From Octopus sinensis (taxonomy: Eukaryota): a stretch of 10,146 nt of DNA. This document shows, in pieces, positions 7,321 through 10,146 of the stretch. The position numbers and the translations under genes are program-made. Numbering within the stretch: the first letter of the stretch is position 1; every line of letters starts with the position of its first letter. The notes under the pieces are model-generated. The model made no database searches, was not told where the DNA came from, and saw nothing but the letters and a program-made list of their open reading frames with translations. Where the stretch lies: assembly GCF_006345805.1 (NCBI RefSeq), contig NW_021827063.1:1-10146 (forward strand). Direction: 5' to 3'.

Positions 7321-7586
7321 ACGTTTCAAGAGCACAAAGTCAATATTTAAATAGAATCTTAAAAGATATGGAAGACAATAATAATAAAATTAATACAAAA
7401 TGATAAAACCATTTTCTACCAAAGGAAAGGGAATTTAGGTAATACAATTATAAAGTAACTAGTACATATCTTAATAAATCTCCTTTGTATTCTTAGAAAA
7501 CTGTTTTATTTGTATTAATTTTACTTTCGTTGTCTTCCATACATTTTATGAATTTTTGTAAAATATTTACTTATATCTTCAAATGT
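7321..7586. repeat. Long imperfect AT-rich inverted repeat (arms ~7321-7437 and ~7475-7586, 37-bp spacer)
   Basis: Perfect complementary blocks on one diagonal: TATGGAAGACAA (7367-7378)/TTGTCTTCCATA (7530-7541) and TAAAATTAATACAAA (7385-7399)/TTTGTATTAATTTTA (7509-7523). Weaker similarity may extend to ~7285/7627. Confidence 0.85.
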
Positions 7587-8054
7587 CTAAAAAAAAATTT
7601 AATTTAATATTGTACATATTTCTCTTGTCGATATCAAATCCTATATTTTATAAACATTGTCACTAAAAACTTTTATTTAGTTTCAGTTTGTTATATTATT
7701 TCTGTTCTATTTTTACGATCTTTTGTTTTCTAGATTTTTAGCAATAAATATATCAGTTGGGGCTGAGGTAGGGGTAATGAGCATTGATTAGTGTTTTACT
7801 ATTGTACTTTGGCTGTACTTAAAAAGTTAATGTAAGCAGAGTAATATTAATGGGGCTTGGCAAAAAAAAAACAGAACATGTAAAAACATGCCAGGTCATG
7901 TTCAAAACAAAAATTACTTTTCATACGTGTAACGCGGTATCCTTCTAATAATTTCATATAATCTCCTAATATAATCAGAGCCACCCCAGCCAAAAAATAG
8001 AACTGTGATGACAAGCCATGTGACCCCCTGCTTTGATTCTTAGTAGTGGCAGTG

Positions 8055-8710
8055 ATGTGGTGGTGGTGGGGTGGTGGTGGTGGTCATCGTGGTGCTCAAT
8101 TCTGAGACGGTCCTGATCGATTATATCTATGACCAATGGACATTCCAAACGTGACCATTGCAGTGTTTTTTTGGGGGTTTTTTTCAAATACATTATTTCA
8201 AGAATCGTAAAACGAACAGCCAACGGAAGGCGGTACCTTGGCCGACTTGTTAGAGAGTAGGATAAAATACTTAGCGATAATTGCTATGACTCTTTGTACT
8301 TTGAGTTCGATTTCCACCAAGATCGGTTTCTTCCTTCTGGGGTCAAAAAGCTGTGGATAAACGAAATTGCTAAAGGGTTCAAACGGGTCATCATGCAGTA
8401 TTTGTTCAGGTTCATTGCATTTGACGTCACGCTTTTGATGGCACTGTGCCAAGCCAAGTCAGCCCTTGCTTTGCGTTTCCCTTGGATATCATCTCTGGCA
8501 TATATAGGGGACACTTGCATGCATGAGCAACCTTCTGTCTTTCACAAAGAAAATGCCCAGATCTGCGCTTTAGGGAAGGACCTTCCAATTGCACATGCTC
8601 ACCAGAACCGTTAACCGTCATATATTTCCCTTTTTTTTTCTTTCTTTAAAACTATTATGCTAGGGCGTAACTTGTGAAGAAATTTGGCAGTTATTTCTAG
8701 CATTTAAAGT
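8055..8710 (-). mobile_element. 'Family X' retroposon-like repeat split in two (5' part ~8629-8710, 3' part ~8095-8199, (ACC)n tail ~8055-8092) by an insertion
   Basis: Both halves align, in order, to the uninterrupted copy at 9005-9240: AGAAATAACTGCCAAATTTCTTCA vs AGAAACAGCAACCAAATCTTCA, and AATGGTCACG..TTGGTCATAGATATAATCGATCA vs AATAGTCATG..TTGATCATAGGTCTATTCGATCA. Confidence 0.7.
8200..8618. other. Unique, GC-balanced, coding-like insert of unknown origin
   Basis: Stop-free 8261-8611 on + (TAA 8612-8614), two long minus frames (8198..8452, 8284..8520), no simple repeats. Bounded by CATTATTTC (8191-8199) and CATATATTTC (8619-8628). No recognisable domain. Confidence 0.5.
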
Positions 8711-8756
8711 GGGTACTTGAAGATGTCCTTGTTGGTTTGTGTTCCACGAATGGATC

Positions 8757-8816
8757 ACATGGTGGTACATGGTGGCACATAGTGGAACATAGAGGCACAT
8801 AGTGACACATAGTGGT
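8757..8816. repeat. 10-bp minisatellite, 6 copies, consensus ACATAGTGGC
   Basis: ACATGGTGGT ACATGGTGGC ACATAGTGGA ACATAGAGGC ACATAGTGAC ACATAGTGGT. Confidence 0.92.
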
Positions 8817-8895
8817 GTTCATTTGTTTTTTCTTTTTTGTTCTTTTATGGATTTTTTGTCATTATATGATTAAATTACATCCAAACCAACGAGTG

Positions 8896-8990
8896 AAAGA
8901 GATATACAGAGTGAGAGAGAGAGAGAGGGGAAGAGAGGGAGAGTGAGAGAGACCGACTGACGGAGAAAGAGAGAGAGAGAGAGAGAAACA
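8896..8990. repeat. Imperfect (GA)n tract
   Basis: Direct inspection; explains ORFs 8870..9091 and 8875..9138. Confidence 0.93.
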
Positions 8991-9004
8991 AACAGACAGA
9001 TCGA

Positions 9005-9240
9005 CAAAGCTTCCAAGCGGCCTCTCGATCTACGAGAAACAGCAACCAAATCTTCAACCACAGAGGAAAAAATAACCACGTTGTGTAACATAAGGCTAGA
9101 TGCACTGCCTGGAAGAAAATGATAGATGGAATAGTCATGGCTAGATTGCTTTGATCATAGGTCTATTCGATCACGGTTAACCTGGAGTTAAACAGTGACA
9201 ACAATAGCAACAGCCGTGGCAGCAATAGCAACAGCAACAT
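9005..9240 (+). mobile_element. 'Family X' retroposon-like repeat, uninterrupted, with a decayed (CAA/CAG)n tail
   Basis: Homologous to both halves of 8055-8710 (minus). Tail ACAACAATAGCAACAGC..GCAACAGCAAC at ~9198-9238. Confidence 0.65.
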
Positions 9241-9390
9241 GAACGAAAACAAAACTGTTATGATGATCGGAATTTTAAAATATTTATGCTTTGGATTATG
9301 AAATTCCAAAATTTTCAGTTGTTGTTTTTTTTCTGCCATGACCTTAGCTCAGTTTATTAACCGAATATTTCTAATATTGTTATATTATAA

Positions 9391-9612
9391 GGCGGAGTGC
9401 TGGCATAGTCGTTAGCATACAGAGCAAAATTATTAGCGGCATTTCTTTTGTCCTCACGTTCTGAGTTCAAATGCTGCCGAGGTCGACTTTGCCTTTTATC
9501 GCTTCGGAGTCGATAAAATAAGATAAGTACTAGTTGATTACTGGGGTCGATGTAATCGATTAACCCTGTCCCCCGAAATTGCTGGCCAAATTTCCAAAGT
9601 TTGATACCAGTA
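9391..9612 (+). mobile_element. Full-length tRNA-derived SINE
   Basis: A-box-like TGGCATAGTCG (9401-9411) and B-box GTTCAAAT (9465-9472). Three further partial copies occur in the window. Confidence 0.9.
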
Positions 9613-9619
9613 TTGTAAT

Positions 9620-9983
9620 AAGGAGTATCGGCACCCTTACAAATATAATTTTTTTAAAGATTTTTTCTCAAGGTATAAAATCTCCAAACGCAGGAATAAA
9701 ATGCTTACTACAGGAATAAAATACTTAGAGATAAAAAAAAAATTTAAACAAGTCTAAGTAGGTTAATCTGGTCTATTAAAGACAGAAACAAAAACTATAA
9801 TATCAACTGGGAATTAATCAGTACTGCAAACCCATACAGACCAGGAACTAATAAATGTGACTTGTGTATAGAAGAATTATATCAAATTTTTACATCTGAG
9901 CGTAATATAATAAATTCTAGACATGAACAAGCTTTATAAGATGCTTGCATGTGAGAAAATTTACCTTTGCTCAATATAAATGA
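9620..9983 (+). mobile_element. Penelope-like element (PLE) ORF C-terminus: decayed GIY-YIG endonuclease region
   Basis: 9748-9936 reads TSLSRLIWSIKDRNKNYNINWELISTANPYRPGTNKCDLCIEELYQIFTSERNIINSRHEQAL*, and after a frameshift CLHVRKFTFAQYK* (TGA 9981-9983). This matches the LS.YIW.LK....Y.I.W.I...A.PY.....C.LC..E...I....N.R.E....C.H..KF tail of invertebrate PLEs. A frameshifted KEY(I)GT remnant lies at ~9620-9632 and a 20-bp tandem duplication at 9691-9730. Confidence 0.85.
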
Positions 9984-10064
9984 ATTATGAATAATTAAAT
10001 AACGAAATGTTTTGAAATTTTTAACTAACCATAAAGAATAAACGAGTGATTATCCAACCAGTGC

Positions 10065-10125
10065 TTGGAACTGATGATAGTTCGCGTCTAAATTCACATC
10101 ATTGAACGCAAAGAAATCGACATAA
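10065..10125 (+). ncRNA. Degenerate hammerhead-ribozyme-like core in the PLE 3' region (probably inactive)
   Basis: CTGATGA (10071-10077), imperfect stem TTCGCGT/ACGCAAA (10081-10087/10106-10112), GAAA (10113-10116), then palindromic TCGA. It lies ~90 nt after the PLE stop. The cleavage-site U and stem I pairing are not intact. Confidence 0.4.
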
Positions 10126-10146
10126 CATTTTAAACAGTTAAATCTT

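Noticed and set aside
8221-8260. EGGTLADLL resembling protein-kinase subdomain V
   Set aside because: The frame closes within ~40 codons with no other kinase motif.
8485-8520. LAYIGD in the plus ORF resembling the Mini-RNase III signature
   Set aside because: Six-residue match only. The following helix and second catalytic motif are absent, and the ORF sits within an insert lacking gene context.

Overview
Eukaryotic, AT-rich, microsatellite-dense genomic DNA. It is most likely from an octopus or other coleoid cephalopod, inferred from the tRNA-derived SINE types as I recall them, not from a database check. No prokaryotic genes, CRISPR array or intact long CDS are present, and almost every ORF in the supplied track is a by-product of microsatellites or repeats. 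The window is mostly decayed transposons: a mariner transposase (1-532), a LINE RT piece, a probable solo LTR, about ten SINE or SINE-like copies from several modular families, and a Penelope-like GIY-YIG endonuclease tail followed by a degenerate hammerhead-like core (9620-10125). Missed by the ORF track is a well-formed 156-nt phase-1/phase-1 exon (3552-3707, +) and a frame-compatible candidate terminal exon (4937-4998, +) of an unidentified gene. Other leads are a ~420-bp coding-like insert of unknown origin that splits a retroposon between short direct repeats (8200-8618), a ~265-bp AT-rich fold-back (7321-7586), and an 18-bp minisatellite with a downstream hairpin. I cannot show a new biological system here; the findings are leads.
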